A DNA stretch of 64,000 nt, taken from NCBI GenBank assembly GCA_002269645.1, contig NIVC01001164.1, positions 283,279 through 347,278 on the forward strand. The letters run 5' to 3'. Below are positions 23,601-35,475 of the stretch, in pieces. The first letter of the stretch is position 1; each line of letters begins with the position of its first letter. The stretch comes from Macrostomum lignano. Its lineage: Eukaryota. Both the position numbers and the translations under genes were made by a program. The notes below the pieces were generated by a model that was given only the letters and a program-made list of their open reading frames with translations, searched no databases and was not told where the DNA came from.

Positions 23601-26600
23601 GCCCTTGGTTACACCCCTTCATTGCGCCGTTGGCCTGAGGGTAGAGAGGCGTGATTCGATGGTGCCAGGCGCCCTGGTCCGCCAGGAAGCTGCTGAACTC
23701 GGCCGATGCGAAAGGCGGGCCGTTGTCTGTAGTTACCTTCATTGGCTGCCCGAAGATGCTGAACCACCGGCGCAGCACCTTGGTGACGGCGGAGGCGGTA
23801 GTGCTGGGCATGACCTCCACGAGCGGGAACCTGGAGAAGTGGTCCGTGCAGACGAGCAGCGACTTGCTGCTTACTGGTCCAAGGAAGTCCAGCCCCAGCT
23901 CGAGCCAGGGGCCCTTCAGTAGTTTGGTCGGCTTGAGTGGCGTGGACTTCGGCGCAGTCTCGCGGGTGCAGGCCTGGCAGCTGATGCAGGCTGCCACGTG
24001 CGCTTCTACGGATGCTCGCATGCCGGGCCACCAAACCTTCGGTTGTAGGCAGTCCAGCATTTTTCTGATGCCCTGGTGGCCCTGGTAGGCCAGCTGCAGG
24101 CACCGGTACCGCAGAGCCGTCGGCATGTACAGTTGGCTGCGGCACAGCAGCAGGCCGTCCAGCTTAGACAACTCGTGGGCCACGCCGTGCAGTCCCTATA
24201 GGCTCGTGTCGCTCTTGTCCCAGTGGTTCCCGCGGATGGCGTGCAGAGCTGCTTGGACGGTGGAATCTTGGTTGGAGGCGGCCTTGATGATGGTCAGGCT
24301 AATGGACACCAGGGTGGCTGCCCGCACTGCCATGGCCACGTAGATTGCATCCACCTGCTCACTGACGTTGTTCGGCGGCATTGGCAGCGGCTGGCGGCTC
24401 AGGACGTCAGACGGATTGCCGGCTCCAGGTTGATAAACCACTTGGAAGACCAGGTCTTGCAGTCGCAGCGCCATGCGCTCAATGCGGGGCGGCGGCTGCG
24501 ACCCCGGGCTGAACAGGGATACCAGCGGCTTGTGGTTGGTGATCACCTTGAAGTTGCCGCCGCCGCTGAGGTAGTGATGAAACTTCAGGCCACCGTACTT
24601 CACCACAAGCGCCTCCCGCTCCGTCTGGGAGTAGCGCTGCTTGGTTAGGCTCAGGCTGCGGCTCGCGTACGCCACCGGCCGCGTCAATCTGTCAGGTTGG
24701 ACTTGGGCGAGGATGGCGCCGACGCCTGTGGGGCTGGCGTCCACGATTAGCTGGGTCGGAAGCTTGCTGTTGAAGAATGCCAGTGCCTCGCTGCTGGCAA
24801 TCGTTTGCTTAATGTCCTTGAACGTGGCCTCCTGTTGCTCACCCCATGTCCACTCGGCGGCCTGTCGGGTCAGCTCTCGGAGTGGCCGAGCCCTGTCGGA
24901 CAGGTTGCTGATGAAGCGTGCGACAAAGGCGACGAGGCCGAGGAACGAGCGGACCTCCGTCGCGTTGGTCGGCCACTTGAAACTGTTGATGGCCATCACT
25001 TTCTTGGTGCTGGGGTGAATGCCGACTGCCGACAGCCGCATGGCAAGGAAATCGACCTCTCGCTGAGCGAAGCGGCACTTTTTGGGGTTCAGCATGATGT
25101 TGCTGGCCTTCAGCCGAGCCAGGCAGTCTCGCAGGCGCTGGTTGTGCTCCTCAATGTTCTTCGCATATACCAGGATGTCGTCGTGCACCCAGCGGACGCC
25201 GGGCAGGCCGCTGAGGACGGAGGACATCACCCGCTAGAGGATCTCGGAGGCGGATGTGTAGCCCATGCAGAGCTGGCACAGCCGTAGGAGCCTGATTGGC
25301 GTGGAGAACGTCAGCAGATCCCTGGACTCCTCGGCGACTTTGGTGGAACGCTTTGGTGACATCCAGCTCCGAAAAATACGTCAATCCGGCCATTTTGTCG
25401 GTGACCTCTTCAAATGTGGGGATCGGCTGCTTCTCCGGGATGACGTACTAATTCACCTCGCGGAGGTCCTAGGTGATGCGCACCTCTCCCTGCTCGGCCT
25501 TCGGGACCGCGACCATCCTGGAGCACCAGGCTGTTGGCCCATGCACCTGCTCGATGATTCCCAGGGCAAGCTGCTCTTCCAGCTCTTTGATGACGGCCGC
25601 CCTGAGGTGCACTGGCACTCGGGATGGCGGTTGGCAAACTGGGCTGGCATCTGATCTCAGCTTGATAGTGATGGTGACGCCCTTCACGCATCCAATGCCC
25701 TGAAAGCAGTTGCTGAAGTCGGCCAGGATGCTCTCAAGCTGTAGCTGCTTGGGCAGGTGCTGATCCTCGCATCTCGCTGGATTGGCCAGGCTGGCCACCA
25801 CCGCCGAGTTCGTGCAGGCCTCTGGGCCGACTCTCAGCATACCGAGCTTCGTGCTGGACGCTCTGCCGAGGATTGGGGTGCAGCTGCTCCGGATGACAAT
25901 GAAGTTCGCCTGCAGCTCGCGGTGGTTCGCCCTGACGGTGAGCGTCGTTTGACCGGCTGCCTCCAGCGGCTTGCTGGCGCTGAGCGCGAAGACTTTGGTG
26001 CTGGACGGCGCAAGTGGCATGCCCCGGCGGCAAATTCTGCGGAACGTCGCCATGTCCAGTACGTTGCAGCTTGCTCCGCTGTCAATCAGTGTGCAGACCT
26101 GCTGACCGTTGATGCTGATGGGGAATTTGGCGCTATTGTCCTTGCTGCTGAGCGTGCAGAACACCTCGTTGACTGGCTGGTCTGCAAGCTGGTCTTGCTC
26201 GGGCTGTAGCACGTTGATCTTCGAGCGGCTGAGGCAGGCCTTGGCCAGGTGGTTGAACTTGCCGCAGTTGGTGCACCGCTTGCCTTGCGCCCTGTTGCAG
26301 CTCCTGTGGCCCGACTTGCCGCATTGGATGCACTTCGCGGATGGCTGCGGCTGGTGCGACAGTTCCGGCGGCGGGTAGCGCTGGCAGCGCACCTGCGCCA
26401 CTTCCTCAGAGGCTGCCGCTGTCCTGGACATGATGGCCGCCTGCTTTTCTGCTGCCTCGTGCGTCCTGGCCAGTTGGAGGGTGTCCGCCAGGTTGATGTT
26501 GGGGATGTTCAGCAGCCGCTTCCTCAGCAACTCGCTGTGGCAGCTGGCCATAATTTGGTCCCTGACGAGTGAATAACGTTGGCTCTTGAACTGGCAGGCT

Positions 26601-29168
26601 TCCGAGGCGCTCCAGAGTCTGCTATGCCAGGCGTCTATCGACTCGCCTTCGTCCTGCACGCACTGGCGGAATTGGTAGCAGAGAAACACAATGTTGTCGT
26701 GACCTTGGAAATGCTTGGTGAATAGAGCGATCAGCTGGTCGACCGTGGGTTCGACTGTAGGTTCGCCTTCTGTTGTGTTGGTCTCTGTTGTTATGATCTC
26801 GCTATACAGGTCATTTACTTCTTTGCCTGCCGTGTATAGGAGGATCTGGCGTTTCTGTGTCTCGTTTGTGATGCCCGTGGCCGCCAGGTAGCGTAGAAGG
26901 TTGGATGACCACTCCTGCCAGCGCTTGCTTGTGGAGTGGGGGTTGTCTCTAATGCTAAAGTTACCTGGGGCCGGCAGTTGTAGGAAGGCCATGGTTCAGC
27001 CTTGCAACACCAATGTAATGACTCAGGAGTCAGGCAGTGTTTGTGGTGTGCGAGAAAAAGCCTTAACCCTCCAAGTAGGGTGAGACAATATTTATATTTG
27101 GAAGCGATCTGATTGCAACGTGCACAATTGAGCCGCGTGCCTTACGTATATAAGTTGAGTAGCGACATGTACGTGCTAATACAATGTACAAGCTAGTACT
27201 AGCCAGAGTGGCATTACAATAATATATACTAGTTTTTTAGTTTTAGGTCTTTTGTTTCTTTGCTATATACCTCTCTTCACTTTTGTTTTACAATACATTA
27301 TTAACAAATTTCCCATTTAGGGTATTGTATAATGAAAGTGAATATAAGAATTTTGCTCTAATAAATTATAATTGTATGATTTTTGTGATCATAAATACAT
27401 CTATTTCAATTCTCACTATTTAAATTGGTTATCATATAACAAAATTGATGCAAAATGCAAGTATTGTAAAACAAAAGAATGCTGTTTAAAGTTTACTTTT
27501 CAATAAAGGTAAGATAGGAATCTCTATCTTAGTTTTTTATCCTATTTAACCTTATACATTCACAATACCTAGCCAAGCTATCCAATCTATTGGGTAAAAA
27601 AAAGTTGACATAGTTTTTAAAGTTTGCAGGTTCCATGTTTATAGATTTTATTATATTTACTATTGATAATCAGTTTTAATATTTCAAATAAATTTATAGA
27701 ATCAAATATGAATCAGAAAAATATTAGAAGTAAATTTATTGTCATTGATCTAGGATCCAAATTCAATATGTAAAATTTAGTTTTGATGTATAATAATTTG
27801 CACTGTCACAAAAATCTTTGTTACTACTTTAAAAAAGGTTTTATTAGATGATTTTTGGCAAAAATGAATATGTGCTCAGTTGCTAAAGTTATAAGCAAAT
27901 TCAAATAATGTCTACCTAGTTGTCTCATTCATAGTCAAATCTCACTTAGCAAAGTCGCTTAAATAATTTTAGATTCTTCCCCAACCACCTGGTGCCGCCA
28001 GTGTCAATTGTGGCCAATGCCATCTTCTCTCTGCTAGTTCGGATCCGTCTGTGCAAAAAGTTCGAACGCCAGGTGAGCGCCGCCCCCCTGTCTGGCGTGG
28101 TTGTCCGCGACCCGGACGAGAGCGAACGGCGCAAGCAGATGGCGCTTAAGGCGCTCAATGATCGCCTGCTTAGCGCTGGGCACGAGCCCTGGCCAAGGGA
28201 TGCGCCCAGCCCTGCCGCCGCTGCCGCAACTGTAGTTGCCGCTTCGGCCACCAGCACTACCGCTGATATTGCTGGTAAGCCATGGGCATGTGCACGAAAA
28301 CTGGCCTTGGGAGGGGGTTGGGGTTGTCGTGCAACTCACCACCTATGAGGGGCGCTTTCATCCGAAGCTTCACAATGCCAAGACTTCAGAAACCCGAAGA
28401 TTCACAATGCCAAGACTTCTTAAACCCGAAGCTTCACAATGCCAAAACTTCACAAACCCGAAGCTTCACAATGCCAAAACTTCACAAATCTGAAGCTTCA
28501 CAATGCCAAAACTTTACAAACCTGAAGCTTCACAATGCTAAAACTTCACAAACCCAAAGCTTCACAATGCTAAAACTCCACAAACCCGAAGCTCCACAAT
28601 GCCAAAACTTCACAAATCCGAAGCTTCACAATGCCAAAACTTCACAAACCCGAAATTTCACAATGTCGAATAGTCGAAAATCTCATCTCTACACTGCAGT
28701 GCATTTCGACATTGTAAAATTTCGGGTTTGTGAATTACGACCCACTCCATAAGTGCAACCCCCCACAAAGACAGATTATAAAGTCGGGGCAGCTGTACAC
28801 CTGTGTGAGCGTGCGTACCCATGGGTCAGGAGGAATAGACATGATTCGGAGTGACCCTCCCTGCAGCGGGTCAGGACGCATTTTTATTCCATAGCTTATT
28901 CCATGCACCACCCACCGGCTTCCCTTTATCCGCCTCTGCAGACCAGCTCACTGAGCAGCCTCATCAGCAGCCGCAGAGCTCGCCTGGCCATAAGACTCTC
29001 AGCTCATCTGAGCTGCGCCAGCTGCCTGTGCCGGACTTCCGTCCTCAGGCTGTCGCCGCTACCGCAGCCGCCGCCGCCGTGGTCGCTTCGTCAACGCCGA
29101 CGGCCGCCAAGTTGCCGCAATCGTCGAAGCCCGACGCAGCTGGTGGCGGCTCCTCGTCGACCGCTTAA
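17614..29168 (+). CDS. TMEM115: Transmembrane protein 115 (Golgi, rhomboid-like fold); 3 exons; 1-nt frameshift in exon 1
   Basis: Exons 17614-18286, 27973-28274, 28942-29168 with consistent phases (AG|A, G|AC). Motifs matching TMEM115: LAITPGYFMPPNYYVWTL, LLEPLWG.REL, SWTYLRFYQKH, FEFARFFP, ERRKQMALKALNDRL. One T is missing at 17848-17851. Confidence 0.92.
19100..20518 (+). pseudogene. Decayed coiled-coil protein gene of unknown family inside inverted satellite arms
   Basis: Long protein-like frames broken by TAG/TAA/TGA stops and frameshifts. A 33-nt GT-AG mini-intron (gtgagtagg..tttctgcag, about 19433-19465) joins two in-frame segments. No family recognised. Confidence 0.45.
20546..20925. 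mobile_element. Possible degenerate MITE
   Basis: GAGCCTCTT...AAGAGGCTC termini with repeated GGTTCTGGTTCTAGAA motifs inside; degenerate. Confidence 0.3.
22696..27218 (-). mobile_element. Ty3/Gypsy LTR retrotransposon (Mag-like), full length (4523 bp), inactivated
   Basis: 205-bp LTRs at 22696-22900 and 27014-27218 (TGTAATG..CATTACA, 7 mismatches). TSD ATAAT at 22691-22695 and 27219-27223. PBS-like TGGTGTTGCAAG next to the 5' LTR; polypurine tract GAGGAGGAA at 22901-22909. Order gag (two CCHC knuckles), protease (LIDSGA), RT, RNaseH (DAS), integrase. Lies antisense in TMEM115 intron 1. Confidence 0.96.
23011..26992 (-). pseudogene. Disrupted gag-pol ORF of the Gypsy element
   Basis: TAG stops at 25469-71, 25448-50, 25234-36 and 24196-98; frameshift near 25340 after KAFHQ. 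The integrase catalytic Glu position reads Lys (NGAMKG) and the first zinc-finger His position reads Tyr (LAYQGH). Confidence 0.9.
28352..28735. repeat. Minisatellite, about 33 bp (AAACCCGAAGCTTCACAATGCCAAAACTTCAC), ending in an inverted copy; TMEM115 intron 2
   Basis: Tandem copies; 28641-28670 pairs with the downstream TTCGACATTGTAAAATTTCGGGTTTGTGAA at 29/30. Confidence 0.85.
28755..28850 (+). mobile_element. SINE fragment, same family
   Basis: GCAGCTGTACACCTGTGTGAGCGTG..GGGTCAGGAGGAAT. Confidence 0.4.
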
Positions 29169-29712
29169 AAAAAGGTCGATATTTCCTGGAATTTCATTGC
29201 ATCAATTTCCTGGAACCTTGATTCGATTGGACTGCAGTGGCTGGATACTACATACGAAATCTTGTTGTTTTTTGCACAGTTAATTTATGCCATTTTGCGT
29301 GTCCTATCGCACTACTTGTAGTAAGTTGCGCTTGGGATGCAAATGAAGTAATTGGAAATTTCTCAGTTTGTTGAAGATTCTGTAGAAAAAACGATATAAG
29401 AAATAAAATTGGCCGATCTTGATGCGCTGTGTACTGTTGTGTTAGCTTTTTATGCGTCCTGTTTGGTTTCTCACCCGCTTTGAATAGTTTTCTTGGTTTA
29501 TCATTAGTTTTATTGCCTTCAATTATTTTTTTCAGCGCTTTGATCAATAATTGTTTTTTGACATTCCCGCCCGTCACACTGCCAGTGCAGAGACTGAGAT
29601 TCATAAATAGATTGCATACGCATAGTAAATGTTGTTTTTGTGTTCTGCCGAAGTTTTTGTCAACCATAAACCGTTTGTGTAATCTCCCAATGGCCTGCAT
29701 CTCATCAACTCG

Positions 29713-31290
29713 TAGATCAAAGACTAGCCGCCCCTATATAGATCAAAGACTAGCCGCCCCTATATAGATCAAAGACTAGCCGCCCCTATATAGATCAAAG
29801 ACTAGCCGCCCCTATATAGATCAAAGACTAGCCGCCCCTATATAGATCAAAGACTAGCCGCCCCTATATAGATCAAAGACTAGCCGCCCCTATATAGATC
29901 AAAGACTAGCCGCCCCTATATAGATCAAAGACTAGCCGCCCCTATATAGATCAAAGACTAGCCGCCCCTATATAGATCAAAGACTAGCCGCCCCTATATA
30001 GATCAAAGACTAGCCGCCCCTATATAGATCAAAGACTAGCCGCCCCTATATAGATCAAAGACTAGCCGCCCCTATATAGATCAAAGACTAGCCGCCCCTA
30101 TATAGATCAAAGACTAACCGCCCCAATATAGATCAAAGACTAGCCACCCTATATAGATTAAAGACTAGCCGCCCCAATATAGATCAAAGAAACAGCCGCC
30201 CCTATATAGATCAAAGACTAGCCGCCCCAATATAGATTAAAGACTAGCCGCCCCAATATAGATTAAAGACTAGCCGCCCCAATATAGATTAAAGACTAGC
30301 CGCCCCAATATAGATCAAAGACTAACCGCCCCAATATAGATCAAAGACTAGCCGCCCCAATATAGATCAAAGACTAGCCACCCTATATAGATTAAAGACT
30401 AGCCGCCCCAATATAGATCAAAGAAACAGCCGCCCCTATATAGATCAAAGACTAGCCGCCCCAATATAGATTAAAGACTAGCCGCCCCAATATAGATTAA
30501 AGACTAGCCGCCCCAATATAGATTAAAGACTAGCCGCCCCAATATAGATCAAAGACTAACCGCCCCAATATAGATCAAAGACTAGCCGCCCCAATATAGA
30601 TTAAAGACTAGCCGCCCCAATATAGATTAAAGACTAGCCGCCCCAATATAGATCAAAGAAACAGCCGCCCCTATATAGATCAAAGACTAGCCGCCCCAAT
30701 ATAGATTAAAGACTAGCCGCCCCAATATAGATTAAAGACTAGCCGCCCCAATATAGATCAAAGACTAACCGCCCCAATATAGATCAAAGACTAGCCGCCC
30801 CAATATAGATTAAAGACTAGCCGCCCCAATATAGATCAAAGACTAGCCGCCCCAATATAGATCAAAGACTAGCCGCCCCTATATAGATCAAAGACTAGCC
30901 GCCCCTATATAGATCAAAGACTAGCCGCCCTATATAGATCAAAGACTAGCCGCCCCTATATAGATCAAAGACTAGCCGCCCCTATATAGATCAAAGACTA
31001 GCCGCCCCTATATAGATCAAAGACTAGCCGCCCCTATATAGATCAAAGACTAGCCGCCCCTATATAGATCAAAGACTAGCCGCCCCTATATAGATCAAAG
31101 ACTAGCCGCCCCTATATAGATCAAAGACTAGCCGCCCCTATATAGATCAAAGACTAACCGCCCCAATATAGATCAAAGACTAGCCACCCTATATAGATTA
31201 AAGACTAGCCGCCCCAATATAGATTAAAGACTAGCCGCCCCTATATAGATCAAAGACTAGCCGCCCCAATATAGATCAAAGACTTGCCGC
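29713..31290. repeat. Minisatellite, 26 bp (TAGATCAAAGACTAGCCGCCCCTATA), about 60 copies
   Basis: 26-bp offsets read directly. Confidence 0.97.
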
Positions 31291-32039
31291 CATATATATG
31301 AGACTAAAAGAGACAAAAAGAGACTAACAGTCGTTTTTTGAAGAAATTTGTACTTTTTTGAAACGCATAGCAGAGGCCATACTAGCACATTGTAATTCAT
31401 AGAATTAGACCCCAATGAAAGAGAAAATAAATAATTTTCTCATTGTCTCAAAATTATCCCACAATTCGCTATTATATATATTTGTCATTTTGTGTCCTTT
31501 CAAAATATTAGTCTGTAATTTTCCAACCTGTGGTTGCTTTAAATATTTCTATCATCGTTGTAAAAATACTTCAATCCTACTTACAGTAAGTAGGTTTATT
31601 GTTAACCGAATAATCTATTGCTATCATCAGTAACAAAATAATTTATTGAGTTTAAATTGAAATTAATGTGCCTAACATTTGTGTTAACAATGTTTTAAGG
31701 TGTCAGCAATTCCTTGAATTCAATATTCAGCTAAGCGATAAGTTTGTGTATTAAACTAGATGTTCATGCACTTTCAGTGTGGCTATTGTTGTCCCTGTTA
31801 TATCCTTTTTGGTTTCGGATCCGTTACTCAACTTGATTGTCTGTTTTGAGAACAAAATCCACTGCGTCTAGAAAAGTTAAACAAAAAGGCCTTTGAAAGA
31901 ATGTCGCACATCTGTTAATATTAACAAATAAATTCTTGTTTATTACAGTTGCTGTATAAAGCCTATTAAACTTTAAATTAAATATATTTACGTTTGTTTT
32001 TATCTCATGGGCTTTTTGAGTCATAAAATTGAGGGGTAC

Positions 32040-32645
32040 AAGTTTTGAGGGCGATTCTGTGAGATTTGTTGGGCGATTCTGTAAGATTTAAGAGCGATTC
32101 TGTGAGATTTTAGGACAATTCTGTGAGATTTGTTGGGCGATTCTGTAAGATTTGTTAGGCGATTCTGTGATATTTGAGAGTGATTCTGGGAGATTTGTTA
32201 GGCGATTCTGTAAGATTTTTTAGGCGATTCTGTAAGATTTGAGGGTGATTCTGTGAGATTTGTTTGGCAATTCTGAGATTTGAAGGTGATTCTGTGAGAT
32301 TTGTTGGGCGATTCTGTGAGATTTGTTAGGCGATTCTGTAAGTTTTGTTAGGCGGTTCTGTGAGAGTGTGAGATTTGTTAGGCGGTTCTGTGAGATTTGT
32401 TAGGCGATTCTGTGAGATTTGAGGGTGATTGTGTAAGATTTGTTAGGTGATTCTGTGAGATTTTAGGGCGATTCTGTGAGATTTTAATGCGGTTCTGTGA
32501 GATTTGTTAGGCGATTATGTGAGATTTTAGGGTGATTCTGTGAAATTTTAGGCGGTTCTGTGAGATTTTAATGCGGTTCTGTGAGATTTGTTAGGCGATT
32601 ATGTGAGATTTTAGGGTGATTCTGTGAAATGTTAGGCGGTTCTGT
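32040..32645. repeat. Minisatellite, about 21-22 bp (GGCGATTCTGTGAGATTTGTTA)
   Basis: Degenerate tandem copies. Confidence 0.9.
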
Positions 32646-33825
32646 GCAATTTAATTGTGGTTTTTAGATCAATTGCGATTATTTGAGGCATTATTTAAGA
32701 AATATTTTATATAGATAGAATCTTTTATAGGTTAGAAATTTTTATACTTAAACAAATCAGCTTTGAGTCTGCATGGTGCTGTAACTTTCGGCGCCTCATC
32801 GGGGCAGCTGGATAAAGCAATTTATCTTCTGCAACGAAGTGAGCATGGCTCGATCGTGTGTCGTGCTAATTCCTATGCACTTTTATTTTCGCGCCGAGAT
32901 GGCTTAGCAGCCAATGCAGAGCAAGTGCGCAGCCTGTGCAGCCCCGGTTACCAGCTGCGTTATAGCTTGCAGATGCGTCGATTTTTTTGTGCAAAAACTT
33001 TTCCCACTAACTAAAGCAATACGTGCATATGCCTGCTGCCGGACCAACCAAGACTTAAGCTGGGGATTTAGCCATTGGGAGGCCGACCCTAGCAGAGGCT
33101 TAGTGACCGCTGATGACATTTGCTCGCTGTTGTGCTCTCTGCCTCATTCCGTGGACCCTTGACTGTATTCAGGGAGGCTGGGGGCAACAAATGTACATTT
33201 GTTGGGTGCGCCAAAGGACCGGCACGCTTGCGCAGTTGAACTTCGCACCCCGACCGCCCCCCCCCCGTGACCCGAAAAATCCTTTTCCGTTTTGCCCCAA
33301 TATCACCCTTTGCGCGCCATCCTAGATGCTTGAATTATATACAGGTGAAATGATGACCTGACTCAGACTTGGCTGAACCCAATCGATTCATAAACAGCAT
33401 TCGTTCTCGCTGATGTAGGTATATACAATAAATATAATAGATTGGGCGAACTGTTTATAGTGTCGGGCAGCGCTTGGGATTCTGGGCACTAGCAGGAATG
33501 AGAATAAAGTGGTGGTGCGTTAGATTAAAGTGCAGTGCAGTCAGCTTCCTACCCCCGTACTGTGTCAATAAAAGCAGCAAATTCGAAATATCATAAAGCT
33601 ATCTATTTTGCTTTTGGCTTTTGCAGTACCCAATGACTTGTGTGGCAGCGGCTTCACCTCATGTAGCGATGCACCGACTTTATTACCCGGGCCTTTGTAG
33701 TAAAATTTACTGTGTGTAGCAGACATTGAGATAGGAAATTTAGTGCGCCGTAATCGGAGGCTTTAGCTGTCTTGGATTATATCCCTAGAGTTTAGCGTTA
33801 CAATAGAACTGCATCATGCCACATT

Positions 33826-34190
33826 CATGTCACTCTCAGTGTCTCAATCCTGTCACTCTCAGTGTCTCAATCCTGTCACTCTCAGCGTCTCAATCCTGTC
33901 ACTCTCAGTGTCTCAATCCTGTCACTCTCAGTGTCTCAATCCTGTCACTCTCAGTGTCTCAATCCTGTCACTCTCAGCGTCTCAATCCTGTCACTCTCAG
34001 TGTCTCAATCCTGTCACTCTCAGTGTCTCAATCCTGTCACTCTCAGTGTCTCAATCCTGTCACTCTCAGCGTCTCAATCCTGTCACTCTCAGTGTCTCAA
34101 TCCTGTCACTCTCAGTGTCTCAATCCTGTCACTCTCAGTGTCTCAATCCTGTCACTCTCAGCGTCTCATATCTGTCACTCTCAGTGTCAC
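33826..34190. repeat. Minisatellite, 23 bp (TGTCACTCTCAGTGTCTCAATCC)
   Basis: Tandem copies. Confidence 0.95.
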
Positions 34191-35360
34191 CCTCGAAAAG
34201 TCACAACTGTATCTCCTAATGCTTCAGCTTTGTCAGCTGCAGCGTCGCTGTCAATTTTCCGTATTGCTCGTATTGGTTCGACCCCAGACTCCCCCTCAAC
34301 ATCACATGATGCCGTACTCGAAACTAGTAGCTGCCTATGACTGCACTGCACTGTTTCGCAGTCCTATGAATCTATACAAATTTAGAATCGAGCGCCGGCC
34401 CTATTAAGACTCAAAAACTCTCCAAACGATCATGTTAATGCTGCTGATGGCGACCGCTGCTACTGTCCTGTGATCCTGCATGCCCGAGTGCTTCTGCCTG
34501 CCCCCCCCCCCCTCCATCCGCTGAGCGCTCAATTCACGAAAAGGAAATGGGGCGATTCAGCAAGCCTCCCCGCCCCCGTTAGACTTTGAGTCCTAGGGAA
34601 AATTGAGCATAGAAGTCTCAATCCCAATCTAAGATTCGCAATCTCCGTCGATTTCTTATTCCCATCTGGTAAACATGAGGGGGCGGCGGCAGTTTGTTTC
34701 GAGCGCGCACGTCAAAGGTGAACAAGGATGCTGCTGCAGAGCCTTTATCGATTCCCGTCCAGCAGGGAGAAAGTTTGTTTATCCCCTTCCCCGCCGCCTA
34801 CACGGAGACTGGCGCATATATTTATCTCTCTCAAATCTTTCTCTAACATCAAACTTTCGCTATAATTACTTCTGCTTGGGGCTGCGAATTTCCCAGATTT
34901 TCTTTTCTGACATTTTGCGGGACACTTCATCTAGGGCTAGTTGGACGGTTGGGCAGCTGTAGCCAGTGCTATGGGCAGGTCTTAAAGGTCGCAGAACGCA
35001 CGGAGGGGTCTGATAGTCGTTCATCTCCATACTTAAATGACATATTGGGCTAGCTTATAGGGGACTAAATTATAAAATCTGGAGTGGTAACAGTCAGTTT
35101 GTAGGGGCAGATCAAGGCACCCCACAGATTCTATGCTACCCCTAAATGGGCCACTTCAGCCCGAGGGGTTCAGACCATAGACTGTAGCTTCTGCAGCTCT
35201 CAAGGTTGTCTGTGGCCCAAACCCATGCATTAGAATCTGCAAATGCAACATTAGATTTGCAGCCAAGCGAGTAGGCAACAGTCGGACCCATTCCCTGAGC
35301 CCTGAGCACGAAACACGAATTCGAGGCACCCACCGATTCTATACGCCCCTAAATGTTCTA

Positions 35361-35475
35361 CATATGGCAAAGTTCGACTCATTGGTTTTATGAATCTATT
35401 TCAACGTCTCTGTTACACAGTCAGCTAAGAATGATAAAATAGATTCATAAAACCAATAAATTGAGCCGTGCCATT
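35361..35475. mobile_element. Small MITE-like hairpin
   Basis: Perfect 21-bp inverted repeat at 35381-35401 and 35437-35457, with weaker extension outward. Confidence 0.45.

Larger units (their letters stand above)
22372..27500. mobile_element. MITE/foldback relic (about 240-bp inverted arms) split by the Gypsy insertion
   Basis: About 22372-22616 is the reverse complement of about 27259-27500; for example 22565-22600 versus 27275-27310 match at 33/36. Confidence 0.7.

Noticed and set aside
22987-26572. Plus-strand ORFs overlapping gag-pol
   Set aside because: They are antisense shadows of a GC-rich coding sequence with no recognisable domains.
29713-31290. Regular 26-bp array (and others) as a possible CRISPR
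   Set aside because: There are no unique spacers and no cas genes, and the context is eukaryotic.
33185-33204. 20-bp perfect palindrome CAACAAATGTACATTTGTTG
   Set aside because: It is isolated, with no flanking duplication or second copy seen, so there is not enough support for a feature.
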